DNA of 63,796 nucleotides, filler included, from Conidiobolus incongruus B7586 (Eukaryota): NCBI GenBank assembly GCA_000697335.1. It is 13 parts of 13 records of this genome, joined end to end, with 100 filler letters (N's around TTAATTAATTAA, not from the genome) between each part and the next. Parts side by side here need not be neighbours in the genome. Positions count along the whole stretch, not along the records: positions 49,749 to 54,975 come from JNEM01005809.1; positions 55,076 to 58,801 come from JNEM01005813.1; positions 58,902 to 62,675 come from JNEM01005821.1; positions 62,776 to 63,796 come from JNEM01005832.1; 9 more parts are not named here. One strand, 5' to 3'. Shown piece by piece: positions 50,715 to 62,946 of this stretch (position 1 is its first letter; each line of letters starts with the position of its first letter). The notes under the pieces were generated by a model. It saw only the letters and a program-made list of their open reading frames with translations, ran no database searches and was not told where the DNA came from. The position numbers and the translations under genes were made by a program.

Positions 50715-53114
50715 ATGTCCATTCACATTGATTCCAATTCGGAAGATACATTACCCAATCTGAATCCCAATATTTCGGTGGAGGACGAAGTTGACGTCCT
50801 TTTGGAAGAATTTCAAAACCAAACGAAACAGAGAGATTTTTACAGTGTTTTGAACTGTTCCAAAACAGTAATTTATATTTTAATTTATTAATTCTTTGGC
50901 TAATTTTGAGAGTAGTCCACCGTAGAAGAAATCAAAGAGAGTTATAAGCGATTGAGTCGACTGTTTCATCCGGACAAGCATGTGGACCCAGTTAAGAAAG
51001 AGATGGCTAACCAGACCTTTCAGCTAATTTATAGGGCTTACGAAGGTAATTGAAAATTTAATTGATCGACATTAGCTAATGAAGTCATATAGTATTGAGT
51101 GATCCCAACTTGAGGAGTGTTTACGATCAATACGGTGAAGAGGGTCTTAAGATGAAATGGAGTTTGGGTCCTCTGTTGAAGACACCTCAGCAGGTAATTC
51201 AGATTATTGAGAAGGTCAGAGCATTGCTAATAGCTGGAAAAGTTAGCTGAAGAGTACGAAAGAATGGCAAGGAGAGAAAGAGAAGAAAAGTTGGAAAACT
51301 TGATCAAATCTAAAGTAATTAAATTATAATAATAGCAATAATGAGTATATTTATTAAATGAAAATGTAGTCCGATTTGACAGTCCAATTGAATGCGGTAC
51401 CTCTGTTAGCACCTGCTACTGAGAGAGTTTATGCCCTTCCCATTTTGGATCAGTACAGATTGAGATGGAATCAGTGCAATGTTCAACAGTTTTTGGCTAA
51501 GCACTCTTATACAGTAACCATTTATAATTTTATTCAACTGTTACTGCTGTTAATAACGAGGTTTAGGCGCAGTTGGGACTTCGCACCCAAATGACTTTGG
51601 AAGCTAATCTCCTCACTCGTATGGGTCGCGGCGGCGGCAATTTGTCATGCACTATTAATCACAGTTTGACACCTAAACTCAATATGCAGGTAATTATTAT
51701 TGTTTTTTATTTTGGAGTAAGATCTAATGATAATTTAGGTTACTAGTACATTATTCTCACCTCGAGTCGTTACTTTGAAAACCAATTTTACTCCAACTTC
51801 TACTAGGTAATTTTTACCAATTTTTATTAATTCTTTTTTGATATTAATGAATATTAGTTTTATCAATACCAAGACAGTCACGACGATGAGTCTTCGTCAA
51901 CCTCCCAGCGTGACATTGACCCTTGGAAGACAAATCTTTGACAAGTATACCGGATTCCTCAACTTCAAGACTGGTGACTACACTCTACTGGGATGGGGAG
52001 AGGGTCTCAAATTGAAGAATAACTCTTTCATCTCGTTAGGTGTCGCTCGCCAGCATGAAACAGGCTTTTGGCAGAGTGAAATGCAGGTAAAATGATCACT
52101 AATTATTATTGATGCTTCTATATTAATTATATATTAGTTGGGTGTTGCTTCATCCCATCTTCAATCGGTATACCATTACAATCTATCACCTCATACAAAG
52201 ATGATCGTCTCAGGTACACTGTCAACCACAGTTGGATTGTATGCCAGTGTTGGTCTCGAACAACCTCTCGTTTCCAAAACCAAACTCGGTACCTTCCTTG
52301 ATGTTGGTTTCCCTACTGGTGTATCTGTTAGATTCAAGTAAACCTCTAATCCCAGTCAATTTTCTATTATTAACATTTGATTAGCCTCGAGCGCCTCGGT
52401 CAGAATTTCAGTGTGCCTATCCAACTTACCCAAGGGTTCAAAGTTACTCCATTCCTTCTCGGTATTGCCATCCCATTGACCTTGGGCTACACCTTGCAAA
52501 ATTACGCTTTAATTCCTTACAAGAAGTACAGAATGAATAAGTAATAACAATATTGTCAAATTTGATAGAACTTTGGTACTGACTCTAGTTTAGGAAACTC
52601 AAAGATTTGAGAGAATTGAACGCCGTTTACCTTCAAGACCGCAAGAATGAAGCTTTGGCCGTGATTGCATTGATTAAGGAAGCTGCTTTCAAGAAGGAGC
52701 AGGAGGAAATTGCTAAGAATGGTAAACATTATACACATTTCATATTACTTATTGCTTATATTATATTTAATTTAGGTCTCGTTATCGTCCAAGCCTACTA
52801 CGGCCGTGTCGACAATCTCACAGAAGGCATTAGTGACGGTGTGATCGATGTCACCATTCCTCTCCAATATTTGGTACAAAACTCCCAATTGAGATTAGCT
52901 CCCAAGACTTCCAAGGTACATTCCAATCAACTTATTTCTACCACAACTAACCCAATTCACCATTTAGAGTCATTTAATGGGTTTCTACGACCCCGTTCTA
53001 GGCGAAAAGAAATTCTTGAAAATTGTCTACAAATTTAAAGGTCAATTACACGAATGTTTAATCAAAGATTTGGATCCTTTGGGTTTGCCCTTGAGATCGC
53101 ATTTGAAACATTAA
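50715..53114 (+). CDS. DNAJC11: DnaJ homolog subfamily C member 11-like protein (about a dozen short introns)
   Basis: J domain RDFYSVLNCSK..EEIKESYKRLSRLFHPDKH..VLSDPNLRSVYDQYGEEG; beta-rich middle exons; C-terminal GLVIVQAYYG, VIDVTIPLQYLV, GFYDPVLGEKKFLKIVYKFKGQLH..LPLRSHLKH*. Confidence 0.88.
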
Positions 53115-53286
53115 TAAATTTATTTTTTATCTTTAATCAAAATACTTTTAATGTTTGATTTAATTTTTCACAAATTTTCTCATCAGTCAATTCCTAAACC
53201 AATTAAATTAACTTATAAATCCCATAATATCAAACTATTAAAAATAATAAGTATAAATTTTTCAGAAAAATTTAATCCTCACTTTA

Positions 53287-53380
53287 GGACAATGATTATA
53301 ATTGTAGCATGCACCACTCTCAGAATTCCGCGGGAATTCAGTGATGATTATGCTTACCCACACCTGATTATAATGAGTCC
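53287..53380 (+). ncRNA. Candidate box C/D snoRNA (snR40/SNORD32-33-like 18S guide)
   Basis: Terminal stem GGAC/GTCC; C-like ATGATTA at 53292; guide CATGCACCAC complementary to conserved SSU rRNA GUGGUGCAUG; D'-like CTCA/CAGA; hairpin GAATTCC-GCG-GGAATTC; C' GTGATGA at 53341; CTGA at 53364 and ATGA at 53373. Confidence 0.62.
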
Positions 53381-55075
53381 ATACTTATGATTAATTAATT
53401 CGTATCATCTCTTTTGATTATCAACTCTTTTACCACTATCTTGATTTTTGATTTATAATTTTTTAAATTTGAAATCGAATTTCATCTTGAGATGAATTAC
53501 CAAGATGCTTTATGCTTTTATATTGAATGTTATCAGTAATATAATGTTTTATTATATTTCTGAATTCAATATACTACAAGCTATTGAGTGATATTTTTAT
53601 ATATTTAAAATTTCTTGTCGAATTAATTAATAGCATATATATCAATTTTCAAAAGATTTCAAATCAATAGCTATGGTTTACCAAATATTATTCATTTTTA
53701 TTTAATTCAACGACTGATCCTTAGTTATTATATTCACTAATATTGATTTTAATAATTTTTTCATAACTAATACAATTTTCAAATATACAAACAAATTTTA
53801 TTCACCACTTATTTTTTTATACTTAATTATTTTAAATTTCAAATTTTTATTAATAAAATAAAAAATTAAATATCAATATTAAATTTTCAAATTAATTTGA
53901 TAAAATATAATACTTAAACCAAATTTAAGCAAATTAATCACTTTTATCTTCTTGAGAATGATATTTATTAATCAATTATAAAAATTTATATAAATTTTAA
54001 TTACTATATATATTTATTAATCAAAAATTATATTAGAATTCAAAATTAATTAACTTTTATATATTTTAATTACCTGATCATAAGTTAAACCAGAAACAAT
54101 CTAGAAATAAAATTAATAAAATCAATTATTTGTTGAATCAAATGAAATTTTATAAATTGAGTTATTAATTTAAATATAAAGTTATAAATTTGGTGGATAA
54201 AGATAATTATCTTATACCATATATAATTTTAGTTTAAATTTTGAGTAAGAATAAATTATGATTTAAAATATTAAATATAATATATTCATTTAATTATTAT
54301 TTTTTATAAAAATACTAAGATTCAATAACTGAATATATAAATTATATATATTATCACTTCATTACAAAACCTTATTAATAACTTTTAGTTATTTAAATTT
54401 TTTATTAAATTAATATTAGGTAAAAAAATTAATACATAAACACTTGAATATATTTTAATTAATATTGTAATAATTTATAATAAATTAAATTAATTTAATA
54501 AAATGATTACATTATAAAATGTTAACTTATTAGACAAAACAGAGCATTTGAGTATTGGTGAAAAGAATGGCAGGGTTTAATATGTTTTGTAGTTTATATA
54601 AAGTTTTGAATCCAGCTCGCATCATTTTTGTTAATAATTCTATTATTGATTATGATAAGTTGACTTCTAATTTGTCCAACCTTGCGTCGAATATGTTTTT
54701 ATTTACTGACAAAAAACTGAGAAATGAAATTATCCAATATTTACAAAAATAGATACAATTCTTTTTTACTCATAATTCCTTTCCAATTATATGATTTAAT
54801 TATTCCATTAAATATCAATTTTTAAGTAGCTTAGAATTTTAATTATTTTAAAAAATAATAAATATTATAAATATAATTTATATTATATTTATAATATTTT
54901 AATATAGTTAATTATAAATTCTTAAAAAACTTATTTAATTCCTTTTAATTTGAAAACTATAATATTTTTGATCTTNNNNNNNNNNNNNNNNNNNNNNNNN
55001 NNNNNNNNNNNNNNNNNNNTTAATTAATTAANNNNNNNNNNNNNNNNNNNNNNNNNNNNNNNNNNNNNNNNNNNN

Positions 55076-55407
55076 TTCCGAAACTCTCACCTGCGACAAA
55101 ACAGGGCGATATGTTCGGCGAGGGCCTCTACTTCGCAGACCAATCCACAAAATCTCTGAATTACTGTGATGGTGGTTTATACACTCATAACAATCCCACA
55201 GAAAATAATTCGGTATATATTTTACTTGCATCTGTCGCTATGGGTAAAAGTTTTACTCCATCCGGTGCAGTTAACAGACCACCTCCCAAAGGTTATGACT
55301 CTTATTGGGCCAGAGGTGGCAAGAGTAGAATTAGGAATGATGAGTTTATCGTATTTTCGGGAGATCAGGTTAGATTAGATTATATAGTTGAAATTGAGAG
55401 ATTGTAA
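55076..55407 (+). CDS. Poly(ADP-ribose) polymerase catalytic domain, C-terminal fragment (5' cut by spacer)
   Basis: GDMFGEGLYFADQSTKSLNYC (PARP signature with the triad Tyr), ILLASVAMG, PPKGYDSYW, NDEFIVFSGDQVRLDYIVE (catalytic Glu). Confidence 0.9.
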
Positions 55408-55528
55408 ACCACTACCTCAGCAATAACAAGCCATCAATATTTTTTCAATATCTATGGATATTTTATAATTGCTATAATCAATAAACTTCATAATTTGCAA
55501 ATATTATTTTTTTTATTGATATTGAATT

Positions 55529-55921
55529 TGTTAAGAGACTAGTTCTCTAAATTCTTATATACATTTCTTTATAATTCAATTAACTATAAATTATATGATT
55601 AATTTATACTTTTATAGCTAAATTAATTGTATAAATAATATTAAATTATCTAATAAACAAGGTTCTTCTTTTTCCTCTCAAAACCTTATTATTTACTATC
55701 TCTTATACTATTCTTAAGGTTGAGACTATATCCTATTAATATTATAATATATCAGCACTACCTAATATAAATCCTAATATATTAGTGACTCACACCAGTT
55801 TGAAGCTTAATTAAACTTTGTTTATTATCCCACATTATATTACCATGTTCTGTGCTACATTACCTTTATATTAAGTCTTCTTTTATACTACATCAGTAAC
55901 TTTTTTACTATTATACTTATA
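55529..55921 (+). mobile_element. Solo LTR of Ty3/Gypsy element with 5-bp TSD
   Basis: 393 nt running TGTTAAGAG...CTTATA (terminal CA probably mutated to TA), flanked by GAATT at 55524-55528 and 55922-55926; homologous to the 3' LTR at 62088-62478. Confidence 0.88.
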
Positions 55922-58554
55922 GAATTCAGGGTTTTTATATATCAATAAATTATTTCAAATTAACCATTTAATAATAAATAAATAATATTGAAATTAACTA
56001 TTATATAAATAATATTATGATTTTGCTATTTTAAAGTAACTTATTTAAAGCTCAATAAATTTTACTTTACTAGTAATCTTATTCAATATATATTTAAATT
56101 TAAATATATAATCTTTATATTAAAAGACATAGAATTAAAGATTGAAAACTTTTTCTATCTTGTTAGTTTTCAATAACAATAATTTTATCAAGTAATCAAT
56201 ATCCTAGTTCTTTTCATAATCTATTATTGGATATTATTATGATATATATAATATATACTTTATATTTATAATTTAAATAATAAATCATAATGTACAATTA
56301 GTTATCATAATAGTATAAGTATATTTTTATATCAATATAAATTTAACAAATATTTATGATAAAAAAGAAATTTGATAATTATCTATTTTTTGGTGAATTA
56401 TTGATTCAATATAATTTTTTGATATTTCATTAATTTAATTAAATTTAATAATATATATTTGATTATTTAATTAACTTTTATTAATCTTTTAATTTAAACT
56501 ATATAAAATCAATTCCTAAATATAGTAATATATTCTTATAAATTTTATACTTATTTTTATATAGTGATATAGATTATTAGTATGTTATGTATTAGTTAAT
56601 AATCTACCTTTTTAGCAAATTATATTGTTGGGGTTTAAAATTGCCCTATTAAGGGGAATCCTATAAAAGGATAAGAAATATTAGGTAAAAAAGCCAAAAA
56701 AATAAATAAAAGATAAAAAATAAAGTTAAAATTAATAAAAGTAGAGGAGAGGGTTTATTTAAGAAAGTCAGATAGTTTAAATATTTTAAACTCACTAAAC
56801 TATGGCTTATAAAGTGGATTTTCTAGAATATCACTAGTTCTTAGGACAAGGGGCTATATTATCCCTTTTAATATCAAATTAACTTAAACTACATCTATTG
56901 AATCAAGATAGTATACAATATTTATTTCCAAATAATGAATTAAATTTATTAACATTGTATCAATATTAATTTATCTTATATTCATAATAATATTCAATGT
57001 ACATTGAATTATGAAACTTTCCATATATAACAAATTTTTTATTTGATTATACCTTATTAAATCATTCCAAATAAACTTATATAATAAATACTATAAATTC
57101 AATTCGATTACATTAAATAATTTTAAAATAAAATTCTACATGATACAAAAAGGAATTTTTTGAATAAAATCTAATTCATCATTAGAAAGATAAATATTTT
57201 AAGTTGATGGTAGATCTTGATATATTATAGATATTAAAATTGGAAAATTCTGAGGTAAAATTTTACTATGAAATATACATGTATTTGAAAAGCATTGAAT
57301 TTCAGAATCACAAAATTTGAAATTATATAATACCTATAAAAACAATATCCATTTATTAACATGTTGTATTTTATAATAAGATTTTCCAATAATGATGGTT
57401 GATAGTATATTATTTAAATAGTTGATTCAGTGAATGTTATAATGTATCAAATACTATTGCCTCAACTATCGAATCGAGTTGGACATTAATTTTGAAATGC
57501 CACTAACATTAAATTACTTTTACTAAATAGCCCAACAAAATTGTTTTGAAAGTCCCAAAAATATCATTTACTTGGATTGGACTTATTTTTGGAAAATATA
57601 ATAGTTAATGCTCTGTGAATAGATAGTTCAAGGTTAATATTAACCATTATACTTAGATTGGGATATTGTTTCAGTATTAAAGTATTAGTTATATGATATA
57701 AAATATGATTTTCAGCTGGAACGAAATTTCGTCAGTTTATCGTGCAAGAGTCAATATAAACATATTTATTAAACTTGACACAATCGAGATATGTATCTAG
57801 CTAGAAAATAATATGGTATTATTAGCTTGGTTATAAAATGAATTAATAAATTCAAAATAAAAATAATATTTAAATATGCTTTTATCATGAGGTTTCAAAA
57901 AAGTATATAATTTGGTGATTAATATTTGTCAACAGGTAAAATTTTAAACTTAAAACATAATTATTATTTTTAATTTGAAAATGGATAAAAGATTGATATA
58001 AGGCTATTTTCAAAGTTATAGAATTAATTGTATATTAAAAAGTAAATAAAAATAAAGTGATAAGAACTTAGACAGTTGATATGTTTAAACGATTTCAAAA
58101 AAACACCTAGTAAACAACATATTAAATTAATTTACAAATACCAGAATATATTATGAATCCACATTGAATCACTATAATTGGTAAAATAGAATTGCTAAAT
58201 CCAGATTTAAATGATTTTAATCCAATAGAGACGTGAGACATAATTATAAATTGGAAATATGTAATTTCAAATTGAGATGTACAAAATTGGTTAAGTATAC
58301 ATTTTAACATCCAATCATTACCTAAGATTATTAATCCTACTTCTATATTTAGTAAATGAATCTATTTAATTTCATCCATATTACAAATCAAATGAAAACT
58401 ATGGGAATTTAGAATTTAATTAATGCGGATATAAAAAGAGAACTAGGAACGTGTCAAAAGCGATAGAAAACTAGTCATCTATTGATTTAATTAACTTCAG
58501 TTCAATTCATCTATTACTGTATCTTTAATTTTCCAGTAAAAATCATTTTCTAAA

Positions 58555-58801
58555 ATGAAAGAAAACAGTCAATACCTTATTCAATTCAGTACAAGCAACA
58601 ACAATAATAAATTTTACTATGCCGAATTAATGGATGATGGTGATACAGTTCTTGTGAGATATGGTAGAGTCGGGTACGATGGCGTCACTCACAGGTATTC
58701 TGGGGGTATTAATAAGTATAATAGCCTTTTAAGAGCTAAAAGAAATAAAGGATACAAGGATGCTATGATTGAAGCAACTGTGGACGAGAATGGAGTCAAA
58801 G
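58555..58801 (+). CDS. WGR-domain N-terminus of a probable PARP (3' cut by spacer)
   Basis: NNNNKFYYAEL...VLVRYGRVGYDG...LLRAKRNKGY is a WGR domain (YGR variant); TATA-like ATATAAAA near 58430. Confidence 0.85.
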
Positions 58802-58901
58802 NNNNNNNNNNNNNNNNNNNNNNNNNNNNNNNNNNNNNNNNNNNNTTAATTAATTAANNNNNNNNNNNNNNNNNNNNNNNNNNNNNNNNNNNNNNNNNNN
58901 N

Positions 58902-59067
58902 ATTTTAACTAATTAATAACTAAATATCAACATTTAATAATATATATAATTAATAAATATAATAGATTTTAATTATTTAATATAAGTTTATTTTATTAAA
59001 TATTAATTAAGTTATTAGTAAAAATATAAGTATTTTTGATTTTATAACTTACTTTTATAGGTTAGTA
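58902..59067 (-). mobile_element. Tc1 terminal segment abutting Ty3 pol
   Basis: Ends in ATTTTATAACTTACTTTTATAGGTTAGTA+TA, a transition-mutated TIR; similar to 44430-44588. Confidence 0.75.
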
Positions 59068-59069
59068 TA

Positions 59070-62000
59070 ACTAATAACTACTTTCTTTATAATATAATAA
59101 GTTAATTTATTAATATTTTTAAATTTATAAGTAGATTATCTTTTAAATATAATATTAAACATAAAATTAAACTTCTTTTAAGTATATAATTATATTTAAA
59201 GTTTACTTATCATATATCTCTTAAATAATCTTAAACTTTAAAAGAAGAAATTTAAAAATTACTTGAAAATAAATATATTAATTTTTCTTCCTTATTATAA
59301 AAATCTTTTATCTTTTTTATATAAAAAACTAATGGTGGTTAAAGATTATATATTAATAATTATATTTTAAACTCTAAAATTATTAAAGATAAAACTTTAT
59401 TACTAAACCTATATGATATTAAGGATAAACTACTTAAATCCACTATATTTATTAAATTAGATATTAGAAATAGTTATTATAATATTAAAGTTAAAGAAAA
59501 TTTTATTCCCTTAACTATCTTTAATATTTTACTAAGCTACTATAAATTTACTATTATAAACTTTAAATTATATAATACCTTTATAACTTTTACTTAATTT
59601 ATCAATTCTTTTTTTAACTTTATTTTTAATAACTTTATTATTATTTACTTTAATAATATTTTAATCTATTTAAAAATTAAAAAAGGATATATCTAATATA
59701 TAAATCAAGTTTTATAAATTATTCAAGAATACAAATTATTTTTAAAACTATTAAAATATATTTTTAGTACTTTTTCTATCTTTTTTTATAGTTATATTAT
59801 TTTTTCTTAAGGAATTAATATTAATCTAACTAAATTTAATAGTGTAAAAGCTTCTACTATACTTGTAAACAAAGATTAACTTATATTAATACTTAAATTA
59901 TTAAATTACTTTAAAGATTTCATTGATTCTTTTATTAAACTTATAACTTTTCTAACTAATCTCTTAAAAAAAACTCTTTTTTTAAATAAACCCCACTATA
60001 TACTTTTTATATAAATGTTTTAATTTTCTATATTATTAATGTTTTTACTTTATTTATTTTTAATCTTAAACTACCAATTATTATTTTTATTAACTTTAGT
60101 TTTTTTGTAATTAATAAATAATTAGCTTAATTTAAATTTAATTTATATTTTACCTTTTAACTATAAAATAAAGTAATAAATAAGGGAGAATCAGTTGAGT
60201 TTAACTTTATAAACATTATCTTAAAGTTTATAACATTCTAGTTAAGAAAAATAAAGTTAGTGAAACTAAAATACCTAGTATATAAATAAAAACTCTTTAT
60301 TTTAATAGAAATAATCAAAAATTATTTATATTTCTTATTTTATAATCTTTTTTTAATACTTAAAAATTATAAATTACTTATCTATTTAAATACTCAAAAG
60401 TATTTATTAAGAAAATAAACTAGATAAATTAAAACTATTTAAGTTTATTTTTTCTTTATCTAATATCTCTTAGGTTAATAAAATTATGTTGTAGATATTT
60501 TATTAAAAAATTTTATATATCTATCTTTCTATTTTAATTATAAAAACCTAATAGATATTAACATAATAATTATTAATGAAGGAAATAAAAAATTCATTAA
60601 ACTATTTTAAAAAATACTATTAAATAATGATTTCTTTATTTTAATTAAAGAAGAACTCTTTAAACTATTAGAAAACTAATTAAAATATGTCAAAAGATTT
60701 AAAATCATTGATAACTTACTATAATATATTAATTATCTATATGTCTCTAATATTCTTAAGATTTAACAAGTAATATTTAATGAGTGTTATAACTAATTTA
60801 TTAAGGGATATTAAAACTAGTTAAAAACTAATAAAAGAATTAAAATAAAATATTATTAACTTTCTTTAATTAAATTAGTTTAGAAATACACTAATACTTA
60901 TAATATATATTAAAGAATTAAATATAATACCTAACTAAAATATAGTAAACTTATTCTTTTACAAGTCCCTAATAAAACTTAAAAACAAATCTAACTTAAT
61001 TTTATAGAAATCTTTAAATCAACAACTAGTTATAATAATTTATTAATTGTAATTAATTTATTCTCTAAATATATTTATTTTATTCTTTGTTTCAAAACTT
61101 TAATAACTAAAAATATTACAAAACTGTTATTCTTTAATATTTTTACCTATTATAAAATTCCACAAACTATTATATTTAATAGAGATATGTAATTTAACTC
61201 TTAATTTTAAAAGTTACTATCTTTTTCTTTCAAGATTAATCTAGCTATATCTATTATTAATCATCACTAAACTAATAAACTTACTAAACAAACTATTAAA
61301 ACCTTAAAATAAATGATTAAAGCTTATATTAATACTAATCAGTTAAATTAAGATACTTATATCTACTAACTTCAATATTTATTCAATATATTTATTAACA
61401 AATTAACAAGTTTTAACCTTTATTTCATTAATTATAACAAATATCCTAATTTAATAATTATTTTAAAACTTTAAATCAATATACCTTTAGATATTGTTGA
61501 ATTTTAATCTAATATTAAATATATTAATTCCCTTATTAAATTTAACTTAGACAAAAATTAAAAGATTATATAATAACAATATTCAAAGTTATTTAAGAAT
61601 TCTCTTAAATATAAAATTAGTATGTTTATATACTTAGAATAATTTACCTTTAAGCTTACCTTACTTAAATCTAATTTAAATCTAAAATACTTATTATTAT
61701 ATTATAGTCCTTATAAAGTTTAATTTATTAATTTAAATTTTGAAAATATTACTTTAGAATTACCTTTAATTTTAAAGATTAACTTTACTTTTTATATATC
61801 TAAAATCAAACTTTATTTTAAAGATTTTAATATTTTTCTTAATTGATTAAAAGCTTTAAAATTAAGTCTAATTATTAATTAAGATAGAGAAGAAGAATAC
61901 TATATTAATTATATAATTAAATCTAAATCTATTAGGAATAAGCTTTATTTCTATATAAAATAGATAGGTTATCTTATTAAAAAAGCTATATAAGAAACTT

Positions 62001-62478
62001 TAAAAAATATTAAAAATATCTCAACTTACTATACCTATTTATAAAAATTTAAGAAGTGTGTCTCTTTTAAAAAACTTACTAAGGGAATATTAAAAAACTA
62101 ATTTTTTAAAATCTTATATATATTTTTATATAATTCAATTAACTATAAATTATATGATTAAATTATACTTTTATAACTAAATTAATTATATAAATATCAT
62201 TAAATTATCTAATAAACTAAGTTTTTTTTCTCAATTTTTATTATTCTTTATCTTTTTATTATTTCTAAGATTAAAACTACATTTTGTTAATATTACAGTA
62301 TATTAACACTACCTAATATAAATCTTAATATATCAGTGACTTATTTTAGTTTGAAGCTTAGTTAAACTTTGTTTACATTTGCATACTACAGCTATATTAT
62401 AATACTATATTCTGTGTCACACTATTTTTATATTAAGTTTTCTTCTATACTATATTGGTATTTACTATTATACTTATA
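59070..62478 (+). mobile_element. Degenerate Ty3/Gypsy chromovirus: RT, RNase H, integrase, chromodomain, PPT and 3' LTR
   Basis: Relic motifs: KKTNGG*RLYINN (KKxxGGLRLCIDY), IFIKLDIRNSYYNI (FTKLDxRxGYH), IYFNNILIY (YxDDILIY), IVINLFSKY (VxDxFSK), PQTIIFNRD (IxSDRD), EEEYYI...FYIK*IGY...AI*E (chromodomain). PPT AAGGGAA at 62081-62087; LTR 62088-62478. Confidence 0.88.
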
Positions 62479-62675
62479 TATATATACTAATATTATTATT
62501 TTAAATAATATTAATATTAAAATATTTAAATCCCTCTTTAAAAAAATTCACTTATATATTAATTAACTTGATAATAAAGATAAATCAACTTATAAGATTA
62601 TTAAAATTATTAATGATAGTTAATTTATTATCATTAAAGCTATTAAAAATTATAATAAAAATTTATTTAAACTTA
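62479..62675 (+). mobile_element. Tc1 internal fragment (transposase 5' region) flanking the LTR
   Basis: Matches ~22790-22990 (AAATCCCTCTTTAAAAA...TCAACTTATAAGATT). Confidence 0.78.
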
Positions 62676-62775
62676 NNNNNNNNNNNNNNNNNNNNNNNNN
62701 NNNNNNNNNNNNNNNNNNNTTAATTAATTAANNNNNNNNNNNNNNNNNNNNNNNNNNNNNNNNNNNNNNNNNNNN

Positions 62776-62944
62776 TATTTTTGCTAATAGTTTACTAAAT
62801 ATATTTAAATATATTTATCTATTATTAAATAATATACCTTAATTATATATTATAGTTTCAAGTAATCTAATATATACAATTGTTTTAGTTATTAATTAAA
62901 ATATATATATTTTTGATTTTATCACTCACTTTTGCAGGTTAGTG
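62776..62944 (-). mobile_element. Tc1 terminal segment
   Basis: Near-identical to 17147-17314; ends ATTTTATCACTCACTTTTGCAGGTTAGTG+TA. Confidence 0.85.
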
Positions 62945-62946
62945 TA

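Noticed and set aside
53290..53380. TPP riboswitch, SECIS or H/ACA reading of the hairpin after DNAJC11
   Set aside because: The TPP core pieces lie on opposite strands, there is no SECIS quartet or apical AA, and there is no clear H box. The C/D reading fits better.
56480..56900. Possible second solo LTR (TATAAAAG, purine-rich tract)
   Set aside because: No TG..CA ends with a matching TSD and no second copy in the window.
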